Shown piece after piece: positions 9,934-19,803 of a DNA stretch of 64,000 bases. Below the pieces are notes generated by a model that did not search any database, was not told the DNA's origin, and saw nothing but the letters and a program-made list of their open reading frames with translations. Both the position numbers and the translations under genes were made by a program. Each line of letters starts with the position of its first letter. The stretch's first letter is position 1. This stretch comes from a virus, in IMG/VR virus record IMGVR_UViG_3300010399_000004, positions 1 through 64,000 of that record; one strand, given 5' to 3'.

Positions 9934-9978
9934 AAACTTTCAAATTATACTTTACAAAGAATGTATTTCAGGTATTCT
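9929..9978 (+). promoter_or_regulatory. Repeated promoter cassette, copy 2
   Basis: TTTGAAAACTTTCAAA, then TTTACA (9951), 16 nt, TATTCT (9973). Confidence 0.75.
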
Positions 9979-9987
9979 CTCCTTGAA

Positions 9988-10896
9988 ATGAAAACTGAAT
10001 CGAAATTCCGCCCAGCTTCCTCCGAAGAACGCAAAGCGCTCCGGATTCCCCCGGCCTGGACCGGGGTGGAAGTTGCTGATTCGTCTGATAGTAAAGTCCA
10101 GGCACGCGGCCGGGACGGTAAAGGCCGGCTCCAATGCATTTACTCCGCGGCCCATACAGCCGCCGCGCTTAGAGGGAAATTCTCTCGGCTAGTCAAATTC
10201 AATGCCAAGCTCCCCACGATCCTCAAGAGAGTGCAGAAAGATTTGGCCGGACCGGATGCCGAGGAAGCCGCAGTGCTTCGCTTGGTCTATTTTTCTGGAT
10301 TCCGGAACGGCGGGGATTCAGGAAATGGGAAGGTCAAGGCTTACGGTGCAAGCAATCTTCTGGCGGAGCACGTGACCGTCGAAGGAGACGTTGTGACTTT
10401 TGATTTCATCGGCAAGCTGGGGGTCCGTCAGCAGCATGAGATTCGGGATGCGGGGCTAGCTGCGGATTTGGCCGCAAGGAAAGCGCGGGGAGGAAATCTT
10501 TTCGATACGGATTCAGCGAAAGTTCTTCGCTACCTGAAAAAATCTGGCAACTTCAAGGTGCATGATTTTCGCACCTGGAACGCTACGGAGTTGGCCTTGA
10601 CGGCCACGCAGACCCTCCCTTCCCCTAAGACCGCGGAGGAATTCTGGGCCGCGAGGGATATGATCGGGGACTTGGTCGCCAAAAAGCTGGGGGATACCCG
10701 CAAGATCGTGTTGGACTGCTACATTAACCCTTCCGTGTTCGCCGCATGGAAAAACAAATTGAACATCAATGAAAAAGAAACCCGCCCAAAAGTTAAAAAA
10801 ACAAAAGCTGCCACCTTCGATGGAGGATCGGATGCAGAGAATGGACAAGTTTTTGCAGCCTTTGCCGCCCGTCAAAACCGGCTGCAAGCCGCGTAA
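9988..10896 (+). CDS. DNA topoisomerase IB (bacterial/poxvirus-like)
   Basis: IPPAWTGV, GRDGKGRLQCIY, GFRNG, FDFIGK, HDFRTWNAT, KLGDT...CYINP (catalytic Tyr). Confidence 0.9.
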   Translation: MKTESKFRPASSEERKALRIPPAWTGVEVADSSDSKVQARGRDGKGRLQCIYSAAHTAAALRGKFSRLVKFNAKLPTILKRVQKDLAGPDAEEAAVLRLVYFSGFRNGGDSGNGKVKAYGASNLLAEHVTVEGDVVTFDFIGKLGVRQQHEIRDAGLAADLAARKARGGNLFDTDSAKVLRYLKKSGNFKVHDFRTWNATELALTATQTLPSPKTAEEFWAARDMIGDLVAKKLGDTRKIVLDCYINPSVFAAWKNKLNINEKETRPKVKKTKAATFDGGSDAENGQVFAAFAARQNRLQAA

Positions 10897-10901
10897 GAAA
10901 G

Positions 10902-10969
10902 TTTGAAAAGTTGCAGATTTCACTTTACAAAACATCTAGATGGGGTATTCTTGATTCGTAATCCAAATC
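10902..10969 (+). promoter_or_regulatory. Repeated promoter cassette, copy 3
   Basis: Degenerate palindrome, then TTTACA (10924), 16 nt, TATTCT (10946), then GTAATCCAAATC. Confidence 0.8.
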
Positions 10970-10979
10970 TCAAAAGTAA

Positions 10980-11174
10980 ATGAGCGCCGAACAAATCTCC
11001 AAGCTGAACAAAATTGCAACCAGTCCAATGCTGAGCGGGCAGTATGCCCGCAACGTTGAATCCACCTATCAAAGTTTGGTGGAGAACAATGAGAGCCGCA
11101 GGAAGCGGGGGCTGCCGGAGTTTATGCCCTCCTACGAATTGGCTGAAAAGATTGTGCTCAACGGAATGCGTTGA
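10980..11174 (+). CDS. Hypothetical early protein
   Basis: ORF immediately after cassette 3. Confidence 0.6.
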   Translation: MSAEQISKLNKIATSPMLSGQYARNVESTYQSLVENNESRRKRGLPEFMPSYELAEKIVLNGMR

Positions 11175-11178
11175 ACCA

Positions 11179-11394
11179 ATGAATGAGTCGCAGAAAGGAG
11201 CCTGCGCTTCGTGCTATTGGGCAAGGAAGCGGGATGGAGTCAAGTTAACAAGCTATACTGGAGCGGGGGTTGGAAGCTGTCTGAACCCAGATATTGCAAC
11301 AGGCACGACATTCATTCCACGTAAGGAGCCGGACATTACATTTCCAGCAAACGATTGCTGGAAATCGAATCGGATAAGCGAACCGAAATCTTGA
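11179..11394 (+). CDS. Small Cys-rich protein
   Basis: CASCYW...GSC...DCW. Confidence 0.5.
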   Translation: MNESQKGACASCYWARKRDGVKLTSYTGAGVGSCLNPDIATGTTFIPRKEPDITFPANDCWKSNRISEPKS

Positions 11395-11395
11395 T

Positions 11396-11446
11396 TTTGA
11401 AAACTTTTCAAATTCCACTTTACAAAGCATCCATTCTCAGTATTCT
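11396..11446 (+). promoter_or_regulatory. Repeated promoter cassette, copy 4
   Basis: Exact palindrome, then TTTACA (11419), 16 nt, TATTCT (11441). Confidence 0.8.
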
Positions 11447-11452
11447 TTCCCC

Positions 11453-11680
11453 ATGACCGCAACCCAACCAACCGCCCCGCCCCTTCCATATAAGGGGGCA
11501 CCCCTCGGACATATCGCTACTGCTTACGATGCCGATGGAAATCGGCTGGGGCAGGAAACCCGCAGGCAGGATGACTCCTTCGCGGACATTCTCGGCTACA
11601 TGCAGAGGATGTTTCCCTGCATCAGCCGCTTGGTTATCCGGGACAACAACGGCCGTCAGTGGGCCGATGAAACTCTGTAA
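11453..11680 (+). CDS. Hypothetical early protein, probably leaderless
   Basis: ATG lies 7 nt after the -10 box. Confidence 0.6.
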   Translation: MTATQPTAPPLPYKGAPLGHIATAYDADGNRLGQETRRQDDSFADILGYMQRMFPCISRLVIRDNNGRQWADETL

Positions 11681-11998
11681 TATGAATCCATTACTTAAAA
11701 AAGCTTTTACGAAAGCACGCGAGCATAGGAAACGGATCGGAGTTTCACGGCTCCAAATGATGCATGACGGGGGGCGGTGGCTCCATCGGTTTTGGTGCAA
11801 ACATTTTTATTGTCTTTTGAAAAATGAGTATTGATCCCTTTTCCTTTCTTGTCGGAGCGGCATGTTATGCTTTTGGAGAAATTCTTGCTTTAGCGATTTA
11901 CGATCATTTCTAAAAGCGTAAGTCAAAGCCAAAATGTGCATCACCCAAAGAAGTTCGGGGCCTGCTTTTGAAATCGGGGGTTGTTCGGAGGAAAGACC

Positions 11999-12334
11999 AT
12001 GAGTGATTCTTCGGAACGCATTGAAGGAATTCATCCGCGTGGAATAGCGGATGCTTCTTTGCTATATGGAAATCATTCCTGGCTTCTTATTTGCGGAGTG
12101 GGATTATTCAGAGTTAATTGCGTTCGCCGCGAATTTCACGGCGGTTCGCAGAAAATCACCATTGAACTTAGCGGGGAAAGAGTCAGCGAATATGAGGAAG
12201 AGTTACTAATCGCAAGATCGGATATTGACTGTTTTCATGTGAAACAGAAGCCGGAACAAAAGAAGGAGGTTCCAGCCCCATTCCGAATTACAGAAGGAAA
12301 ACGTAAACTTAACATCAATCCAAAAAATGAGTGA
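11999..12334 (+). CDS. Hypothetical protein
   Basis: ORF overlapping the RNase H start. Confidence 0.55.
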   Translation: MSDSSERIEGIHPRGIADASLLYGNHSWLLICGVGLFRVNCVRREFHGGSQKITIELSGERVSEYEEELLIARSDIDCFHVKQKPEQKKEVPAPFRITEGKRKLNINPKNE

Positions 12335-12875
12335 GGGTTTGATCCAAGTGTGGACGGACGGATCATCCGTCCGCAGGAAGGACCTTGAAGGGTTTGATGG
12401 GGCCTGGGCTTTCGTGGCTTTGTTCGGGGGCCGCAGGCTGGAAAGATATCAAGGGGGCTACGAAAAGAACGGAACCATTAGCGCAATGGAAATGTGCGCC
12501 ATATTTGCCAGCCTCGCCCTTCTTGAGCCCACTGGGCACAAGCTACAGATTTTTTCCGATTCGATTTACTGCGTTAACTGTTTAACGGTCTGGCATAAAA
12601 AATGGGGGAAGCATGGATGGACTACGGCCACCGGAAAGCAGGTTTCGCACCGTCAGCTTATTGAGGGAACTCTGCATCAGTTGAATCGTCATCGGTCCGC
12701 AGGTTCTCTTGTTGAGATCATTCATGTTCGGGGCCATCGGGGATTGACTGAGAATGAGCGGGCTGATCGTTTAGCCAGACATGCTCGCAAAACGTCGTCA
12801 GGGAATCTCAAGCAATCTTTGTTATTTCCAACTCTGGAGCCTTATCAGTTATCAGGAAAACTTGTCCAAGCATGA
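12327..12875 (+). CDS. rnhA: Ribonuclease HI
   Basis: VWTDGSS, SAMEMCA, IFSDSIY, HVRGHRGLTENERADRLA. Confidence 0.92.
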   Translation: MSEGLIQVWTDGSSVRRKDLEGFDGAWAFVALFGGRRLERYQGGYEKNGTISAMEMCAIFASLALLEPTGHKLQIFSDSIYCVNCLTVWHKKWGKHGWTTATGKQVSHRQLIEGTLHQLNRHRSAGSLVEIIHVRGHRGLTENERADRLARHARKTSSGNLKQSLLFPTLEPYQLSGKLVQA

Positions 12876-13072
12876 AATACACACTTACATCATTACAGCG
12901 CAACCGCCTCCGTTCCCTTTGCCGCAGATATCCTGCTGCTTCTGTTGAGGAACTTCATTATTTGCTTAGGTCTCCGCGAGAGCGGAGGAAAGAAGCTGTG
13001 GGGGAGATTTTCTTTATGCTGCTTTCCGGAGTAATAGTTTACGGAGTATTGATTATCATTTTTGGGGTATGA
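12872..13072 (+). CDS. Small membrane protein
   Basis: C-terminal hydrophobic helix; ATGA overlaps on both sides. Confidence 0.55.
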   Translation: MKYTLTSLQRNRLRSLCRRYPAASVEELHYLLRSPRERRKEAVGEIFFMLLSGVIVYGVLIIIFGV

Positions 13073-13734
13073 ATATAAATTCCCCCGGCGTTCTTGAATC
13101 CTTAAACGAATCCGTGCGGATGTCTTGGCAGGATTACGTGGACGGTTTACTTGCCAGGAAGAAAGAGCGTTACGAAAAAGAAGCCAAAGCGGGGGAGGCG
13201 TTTGCTCAATCTTTGGGCGATATAGTAAAATCGAAAGCTCCAGCCCCGCCTTCTCAGTTATCGGTTCGATTTGAAAACTTTTCAAAAGAGGGAAATCCAA
13301 TTCCATTATTATATAATGGATTGATTTCCTTTACTGATGGGCAGAAAGGAGAATTTCCTATTTGGGTTTACTGCACTATGTTATGGACTAGTAATGATCT
13401 TATGTTGGATAGGGCAGAATCGATTGCGGATAATATTGGAAAAGTTTGGGGAAGCTGGCAAGTGCGATCCTGCTTGCATTTGGAAGAGTCTTCGGAAGTA
13501 TTTGAATGCGTATGGACTCTGAAAGATTTTCCTAAAGCGCTAAGGTTGCATGAACATGAACGATACAGGGATTATTCCTCGCACGAAAAGATTAAAGCGC
13601 GGGGGATTGTCAGTCATTTTGACGCCTGGCTGGTATCTTGTTATAAAACGCGGGGGGATTTTCAATTGCTTCCGGCATCAGAATTGTTGAAGAGACTTTT
13701 GCCTAAGAAACCTAGACGCAGCATTACGTTATGA
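13069..13734 (+). CDS. Hypothetical protein
   Basis: 221-aa ORF with ATGA overlaps. Confidence 0.65.
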   Translation: MNINSPGVLESLNESVRMSWQDYVDGLLARKKERYEKEAKAGEAFAQSLGDIVKSKAPAPPSQLSVRFENFSKEGNPIPLLYNGLISFTDGQKGEFPIWVYCTMLWTSNDLMLDRAESIADNIGKVWGSWQVRSCLHLEESSEVFECVWTLKDFPKALRLHEHERYRDYSSHEKIKARGIVSHFDAWLVSCYKTRGDFQLLPASELLKRLLPKKPRRSITL

Positions 13735-13970
13735 ATGAGTTAATAAAGATACTGCAAAAGCTGCGGGAAGCCTTTCCTGTTGCCGGCTGCGAACATTTCG
13801 CAACACTGGGAGCATTCGCGGGGGAGGAATCCACTATAGATTTCTTTGTATGGGTAACTCCGCAGAGGCTTGTATCCGTTCATTTTATGCACAAGGACAG
13901 GAAGCTGTTGTCTTCCGATAGCTGGCCTAATTTTGTGGTATCGCTTGTTCGTTCCGAGGCGAATAAATAA
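13731..13970 (+). CDS. Hypothetical protein
   Basis: ATGA-coupled ORF. Confidence 0.55.
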   Translation: MNELIKILQKLREAFPVAGCEHFATLGAFAGEESTIDFFVWVTPQRLVSVHFMHKDRKLLSSDSWPNFVVSLVRSEANK

Positions 13971-14014
13971 ATATTCGTTTGCAAAGTATCTATTTTGTAT
14001 TAATATAAATTCCT

Positions 14015-14959
14015 ATGCACGCACACACCAGAGCTTCAAACCTTTCTCTTTTAGCTGTCCTATATAGAATGGGGGTCCCTACGGAAGGAACCTTTATCAA
14101 CGGGTGCGATTGTTCTCCGCAGTGTATTGCTCAGAATTTGCCCTGGGATAAAGTAGAAGGATATACCCTCATCTATCCACACGAAGTAAAGCCGGGGGAG
14201 ATGGATGAATGGACAAGAGATATTCCTAAAGCTTCAAACAAAGAGGAGTTTGACTCTATCTTATTGAACGGAATGATTGCAGCCCCCTTCCCGCGGGAGG
14301 ATGTTACTCTGTTTGCGGCTACCGCGGTTGTTCGTAACAAGAAAATTCTGATGGTGCCGCTGACTGTTCTTTATTGCTTTACTTGCGGAGTTCGGAGGGA
14401 GCACACGCCACAGAGTTTGCAGGCGGAGGTATATGCAAACACTTACAAGTCTCGCGATGGGGCTCCGTCCGTGGGAGAAACTCTGCTGGTTGAAGATCGC
14501 AACGTTTATGACAAGCTGCATGGAACGTCGCCGGCCCCCGGATTGTATTTTCGCAATGATAAATGGAAAGGTCGGTTTGGTTATACTTCCATTCTGGAAG
14601 TTGCGGAAAATGATATTTCCATATGGCCGCAATCCCTGACTCGTATTGCTTACCGTCAACCCCCGCCTTTTGGCCCCACCCCTCTAATTCATCGCGAGGA
14701 AGATGGATGGTTTGGGGAGTGGATACAGTTTTCTGCCTATAACGAATGGATTAGGAAGCAACTGCCCGGCCCCGCATTGGCAAGGCTTGGCAGAGCTTTT
14801 CTGCACGAGAAAAATCCTCCCTTTGATGGATTTATCAAAGTGGAAAAGTGCGGGAGGGATGGAATTACTGTTTACGGAGAGAAGAAAATTATGTCTGAAT
14901 TTAGAATGATGTTCAGTGTTCCGTCGGAATCGGAGCTTGTTTGTTTCGCAGGGAGATAA
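14015..14959 (+). CDS. Hypothetical protein
   Basis: 314-aa ORF after promoter TTGCAA (13979), 16 nt, TAATAT. Confidence 0.65.
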   Translation: MHAHTRASNLSLLAVLYRMGVPTEGTFINGCDCSPQCIAQNLPWDKVEGYTLIYPHEVKPGEMDEWTRDIPKASNKEEFDSILLNGMIAAPFPREDVTLFAATAVVRNKKILMVPLTVLYCFTCGVRREHTPQSLQAEVYANTYKSRDGAPSVGETLLVEDRNVYDKLHGTSPAPGLYFRNDKWKGRFGYTSILEVAENDISIWPQSLTRIAYRQPPPFGPTPLIHREEDGWFGEWIQFSAYNEWIRKQLPGPALARLGRAFLHEKNPPFDGFIKVEKCGRDGITVYGEKKIMSEFRMMFSVPSESELVCFAGR

Positions 14960-14992
14960 ATTAAATACACAAATCAAAAACTAATTAACATT

Positions 14993-17014
14993 ATGAACGA
15001 ATCTGAATTTTTCAATGCAGTGACCAAAGAATTGATTTCCTCACGTCAAAAATATCCCCATACAGGGGACCCGAAAACTGCCGCTATGGTTGAAGAAGCG
15101 GGGGAGGTTGCCAAAGCTATTATGGATGAGCCCTGGGAGCGGGTGGAAAAAGAATGTGTGCAGCTTGCTGCAATGGCTGTCCGGCTTTGTCTTGAGGGGG
15201 ATTCCACTTTGGAGGATTACCGCAGAAGCAAGGGGCTTGATTTGCCTTTCATCCCAAAGCATCCGGAAAAAACAAAAGCCGGAATACCTATTGCGCCGGA
15301 AGGCTTTGAGTGGCATAGATCCGGGGGATGGAATCCCAAACAATTTACACAGGGATATCGTCCCCTTCTGCTCGGAGAGGCAACTAAGAAAGGGGATGAA
15401 TGGTGGTATATGGGCAGATGGAATAAAGTTCCGGAGTCTGAGTTGGGTAAAAAAGTCGGGAGGGAAACAAGGCATCATCGAACGCTTAGGGGGCTTCTAG
15501 ACGAGGTTTTAGCTCCCAGACAGCAGAAAGTCCCATCCAAAAGTTCCGGAGAGCCTACAGCACCGTTAGCTAAGGTTAGCGGGGCATCCGGGGAGGTTTC
15601 CGGGGAGGCGAAAATGCAAGAGTTTGAAAAGTTTTCAAATCCTGACAATTCTACTACCCATTATTGTGAAGCCTGCGGGGTCCATCATAATACTCCATCC
15701 TCCCAGGAAGAAAAGGCCTTATGGTCCTGCGATGCCTGCGAATGGCCTGGGTGCAGCAAGCCCACCTTTTTTGCTTATCGGAACAAGCTTCTATGCAGGG
15801 ACCATTTCATTATTACGAACGGGGCTCCATCTAAGCCGCGAGATGAGGACGTTGCTGTTATAGCTGGGCTTGTGTCCAGATTGCGTAAAGCAGAGCGCAG
15901 CCTCCGACTTGCAGGATATACAGATGCGGGGGGAGAATTATGGAAACCTCCCGTTGCAAGCGTAACGGGTAGGACATCATCAACGCAGGAGAATCAATCT
16001 AATATCCCCAAAAGGGAAGTTACGGCGGGAATGTTAATCGAAGCAACCCGCCTTCTGCAAGCGAACGGCTGGGAATGCAGTATTGTGCATGATTCAATAA
16101 TTATTACTGCTGCACCGATAGAGTCGGGGGAGGAATCAAAACAACCCCTTTCATTTGATCCGACTAAAACGGTAAATGTTAGCAAGGAATTTTACATTCC
16201 CGGGAATCATATTCCCGGGTTCCGTCCGCTTATAGAAGGGGAGCGGTGGCACCGGATAGATGGATGGAAAGCGGGGGACCTTCCAGAAGGTAAACGTCCC
16301 ATGCTTTACGGAAGCGATGGACCGTCAGAACAGGATTTGTTCCTGGTGAAGCCCGATGATAAAAAATCGGGGGAAGGAATCCAAATCCAAACTACCGAGA
16401 GCAAAGCCGGGGAGCATAAAAAGTCGGCGGGTGACAAACTAAACACAGAGGATACAATCAAACAATGCCAAGAGCAGGCAGACAAGTTGCGGGGGGAAGG
16501 ATGGACTAAAAAGGACTTTGCACGGGCACTCAGAAATGAGCTTGAAACTCCTTTACAACCTCCTTCTGACTTGAAACAAATTACGGAATCCAAGATTAAA
16601 GAGGAAGCTCATCCCGTTTCCAGCACAATATCACATCCTTCTTTGGTATGGGTAGCGGAAAGATTTGATCTATCAGGCACCTTTTACGGGGAAAAAGACC
16701 AGAGGGGATTTGCAGCTACGTCAATTGTTTATGCAAAAAAATGGCCTAATCGGGAAGCTGTTCTTAAATGGAGAGACTCGTTTGCCAAACCGTCTTACTT
16801 CAAAGATTATTATTGGGCTGCTCCCTGGTGGGTTGATGCTGGGGGGAAAATCCGCCGGGCTGTAATTGATTCTGAGACCGGGGAGGTTTGTCCCTTATCT
16901 CCCGCGATAGTTTCTTTCTCCCCCGAGCAGAAGAACGAGCCCCCTTCCGAAGCTACTGGATTTCCCATTCATCGGGCCAAGTATAAATCAGGAGGAGCGG
17001 GAAATCCGGGTTGA
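14993..17014 (+). CDS. Mosaic protein with N-terminal MazG-like (all-alpha NTP pyrophosphatase) domain
   Basis: MVEEAGEVAKAI...EKECVQLAAMAVR, followed by a string of short unrelated-looking modules. Confidence 0.6.
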   Translation: MNESEFFNAVTKELISSRQKYPHTGDPKTAAMVEEAGEVAKAIMDEPWERVEKECVQLAAMAVRLCLEGDSTLEDYRRSKGLDLPFIPKHPEKTKAGIPIAPEGFEWHRSGGWNPKQFTQGYRPLLLGEATKKGDEWWYMGRWNKVPESELGKKVGRETRHHRTLRGLLDEVLAPRQQKVPSKSSGEPTAPLAKVSGASGEVSGEAKMQEFEKFSNPDNSTTHYCEACGVHHNTPSSQEEKALWSCDACEWPGCSKPTFFAYRNKLLCRDHFIITNGAPSKPRDEDVAVIAGLVSRLRKAERSLRLAGYTDAGGELWKPPVASVTGRTSSTQENQSNIPKREVTAGMLIEATRLLQANGWECSIVHDSIIITAAPIESGEESKQPLSFDPTKTVNVSKEFYIPGNHIPGFRPLIEGERWHRIDGWKAGDLPEGKRPMLYGSDGPSEQDLFLVKPDDKKSGEGIQIQTTESKAGEHKKSAGDKLNTEDTIKQCQEQADKLRGEGWTKKDFARALRNELETPLQPPSDLKQITESKIKEEAHPVSSTISHPSLVWVAERFDLSGTFYGEKDQRGFAATSIVYAKKWPNREAVLKWRDSFAKPSYFKDYYWAAPWWVDAGGKIRRAVIDSETGEVCPLSPAIVSFSPEQKNEPPSEATGFPIHRAKYKSGGAGNPG

Positions 17015-17155
17015 GTTGCGTTGAGCAGAGAAGAAAGATTTGGGCCGGGCCGGAACGGGTTTGCGATTTACGCAGAGCGTTCCACACTTCAACTATATCG
17101 GGTTGAGGAAAATCCCCCGGCCCTTCCTTTAGTTTGAACCGAGGATTGAAGAAAG

Positions 17156-17226
17156 TTTGAAAAGATTTCAAAATTTCACTTTACAAAGTATCCCTTTCGA
17201 GTATTCTTGAGTTGTAATCCAAATCC
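17156..17226 (+). promoter_or_regulatory. Repeated promoter cassette, copy 5
   Basis: Near-identical to copy 1; TTTACA (17180), 16 nt, TATTCT (17202). Confidence 0.8.
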
Positions 17227-17251
17227 AACCAAAAACAGAAATCCAAAGCAA

Positions 17252-17611
17252 ATGAACCTATATATCAACGATGAATCTATTTTCACTGCCGAAGAAGCCG
17301 CGGCTGCCGGCTATGTGCAGGAAGCGAGATACAGCGATGGATTCCTCACCCTTCCTGGCACAAATGATTACGCTGAGCTTATCACAGAGATAAAAGTTAC
17401 ATCCTCCGCCGTGGACGGTCGTCGGAAGCCTAAAACTTTCAAGACACTGGAAAAGGCTGCGGCCTATATCAAAGAAGAGGGCTGGGCGCACACCGGAGTA
17501 TCTGATGATGGGGTAACTCGACTGGATGGAATTTACTATCGCCACGGGAAGGGAAGCTTCTCCTTCAACGGGGAGATTTCCAGAAGAGTCCGGAATCTGG
17601 CCCGTGCATGA
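17252..17611 (+). CDS. Hypothetical early protein
   Basis: ORF after cassette 5. Confidence 0.65.
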   Translation: MNLYINDESIFTAEEAAAAGYVQEARYSDGFLTLPGTNDYAELITEIKVTSSAVDGRRKPKTFKTLEKAAAYIKEEGWAHTGVSDDGVTRLDGIYYRHGKGSFSFNGEISRRVRNLARA

Positions 17612-17639
17612 TTTGAAAACTTTTCAAAGCACCAAAGCA

Positions 17640-18059
17640 ATGAACATCCTCAATTACATTCTCGGGGGCAAGTCCACCTTCACGGTTGTCAGCGCAAGAA
17701 CGGGGGACCGAATGACTTATCGTGTTACGGCTGTCCCCCGCCACCCCCAGGCCATCAAAGTGGCCAACTGGTATTGGGTTTCCGTCCGGACCGGCGGGGA
17801 GAAGAACTGGACTTATATGGGCATGATCTTTGACGACTGCAAATTCAAGCGCACGGCCAAAAGCAAGATCAGTGAAGGCACCCAGGAGTTTGCCGGATTT
17901 TCCTGGCTCCTCCGGAACGCGGGGGACCTGAAAGGCAAAGCGGAATTTCTCCCTTCTGGTAAATGCTGTGCCTGCGGCCGGCAGCTTACGACCTCTAAGA
18001 GTATCGCGGCGGGGATTGGACCTGAATGCATCAAGAATGCGGGAAGGAGGGCAGCATGA
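17640..18059 (+). CDS. DUF6011-like zinc-ribbon protein
   Basis: C-terminal CCACGRQLTTSKSIAAGIGPEC. Confidence 0.7.
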   Translation: MNILNYILGGKSTFTVVSARTGDRMTYRVTAVPRHPQAIKVANWYWVSVRTGGEKNWTYMGMIFDDCKFKRTAKSKISEGTQEFAGFSWLLRNAGDLKGKAEFLPSGKCCACGRQLTTSKSIAAGIGPECIKNAGRRAA

Positions 18060-18307
18060 GTCATTATGCTACTACGGACCGCGTGAGCGGTGATATTATC
18101 TCATGTGATGTGCCCACGGTCGCTGTGCGCATATACGATTGTGACTCTCCAGGGTATGTCTGTGCTAAGGCTGAATCCTTTCGCGACGATGATGAGGCGC
18201 GGGAGTGGGTGCTGTCGCGGATTGCGGAATTGCGTGCCGGACGTATTATGGATGGGTGTCCGAATGAACGGGGATTTGACGTGGAGTATCACACGGTGCA
18301 ACCATGA
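18056..18307 (+). CDS. Hypothetical protein
   Basis: ATGA-coupled ORF. Confidence 0.5.
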   Translation: MSHYATTDRVSGDIISCDVPTVAVRIYDCDSPGYVCAKAESFRDDDEAREWVLSRIAELRAGRIMDGCPNERGFDVEYHTVQP

Positions 18308-18431
18308 ATCTCCGGACAAAAATTGTGGGGGATGGGAAATTGCTGCCTTATGCTTTGAGCAGCACAGGTTCTGCGGATACGCTGCCGCGGGCTCCTGTTG
18401 GATTACTTCCCATCCCCCGCTTCATCTTCAA

Positions 18432-19460
18432 ATGAAAAAGCTCAATTCTGGCTTATGCCCTTTTTGCTTCGGCACAGGGTTCAGTGATGATTTGGTAAAA
18501 GGAGGATGTTCTACGTGTAACGGAACGGGGAAACAAATTATGAATCCAAAAAACAGATTGTTTACCCCTAAACAGAAATTCAAGCTTCGGAAAAAGGCTA
18601 TCCAGAATGCGGGGGCCGTAAGCCATAAGGATATATTTGCCCAATCCCGCCCTGCGATCTTTGAGCAATATGCGGGGTTTCCGGGGTCGGAGGAGCTTGG
18701 AATGTTTAGCAGACTAATTGAGCCTCCTTCCAGCAAATTTGCGTGGGCTCAACCGGAGGAAGTTTTATGCGTTCCTCTTTCCAAGATTCTTACGCTCCGG
18801 CCGGAAAGCGGTTTGTGGGAAAAGAATATAAACTGGTATGCAGCTTCCAATGGAAAGCTGATTAAAACCATTCAAGCTCATGGATCATGGAAATGGTATG
18901 TGTGTTTGCATGATACAAATGGCATATTGATTTTCGAGGGAATAAGAGATTTGGCTAATTCAGAAAGGGAAGCGTTGCAGAATCTCAGCATTGTCGAAGT
19001 AAGTTCTTTATTTATGGAAGGGGGGAAAGAGGCTGATGCCTGGCACTCTGAAATCTTATTTCGAGTATATGCTATTTTTGATCTTACTGCTCCGTTGAAT
19101 GGAAAAGAAGATATCGGGGGGCTGTCTTCTATTACGGGATATCTGAATGATTCTATGAATCTGGAATCTCCCTGGCAGGAGCAATTTGAATATAGAGTAG
19201 GAATTCGCGCTCCGCTATTGCGCAACTTATTTTCAAAACAAACGGGGGTCCCCGAGGATCAGCTTCCGGATATAACAAGGTTTCTGTCTGATGTCGAAGT
19301 AATTTACGATATAGAAGATACGGCTATATTGGACTGGGAAGGCATGGGGGAAGAACGTATGGAAGCTTTCCTGCGGGAATGTGCAGAGATCAAAAAACAA
19401 TTTCACCCAGCCCTTCGGTTCGGCATAAGCGATAGAAAGCGGAGGGCTATTACACTTTGA
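18432..19460 (+). CDS. Hypothetical protein with N-terminal CxxCxGxG zinc finger
   Basis: CPFCFGTG...CSTCNGTG. Its stop codon lies inside a palindrome copy. Confidence 0.6.
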   Translation: MKKLNSGLCPFCFGTGFSDDLVKGGCSTCNGTGKQIMNPKNRLFTPKQKFKLRKKAIQNAGAVSHKDIFAQSRPAIFEQYAGFPGSEELGMFSRLIEPPSSKFAWAQPEEVLCVPLSKILTLRPESGLWEKNINWYAASNGKLIKTIQAHGSWKWYVCLHDTNGILIFEGIRDLANSEREALQNLSIVEVSSLFMEGGKEADAWHSEILFRVYAIFDLTAPLNGKEDIGGLSSITGYLNDSMNLESPWQEQFEYRVGIRAPLLRNLFSKQTGVPEDQLPDITRFLSDVEVIYDIEDTAILDWEGMGEERMEAFLRECAEIKKQFHPALRFGISDRKRRAITL

Positions 19461-19476
19461 AAACTTTTCAAATCAT

Positions 19477-19800
19477 ATGAATATTGAAATAACGCCACCA
19501 ACTATTCAATCCAGTTTCCAAGCCGGGGCTTGTGAATTCTGTCATCCGAAGCAAGAGCACGAGGTATGCGTGTTTGTCATTCATCGCACGGAATTGCGGG
19601 CCTGTGCGAAGTGCCTTCCTGCGATTCATCGAAAGATTGAACAGATGGCTAAAGCCATCGCAGCTAAATCGCAATCCATGAAGCACACAAAGAAGGAGAA
19701 GAAGAAGGTATCCTGTTGCGTTCATTGTGGAGAGACTCTTCCAGAGCAGGAACAAGGAATCTCTGTTTGTCCAAAGTGCAAGCAATGGCATCGCGTTTAA
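19477..19800 (+). CDS. Zinc-ribbon protein
   Basis: Four CxxC pairs. Confidence 0.6.
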   Translation: MNIEITPPTIQSSFQAGACEFCHPKQEHEVCVFVIHRTELRACAKCLPAIHRKIEQMAKAIAAKSQSMKHTKKEKKKVSCCVHCGETLPEQEQGISVCPKCKQWHRV

Positions 19801-19803
19801 GAT

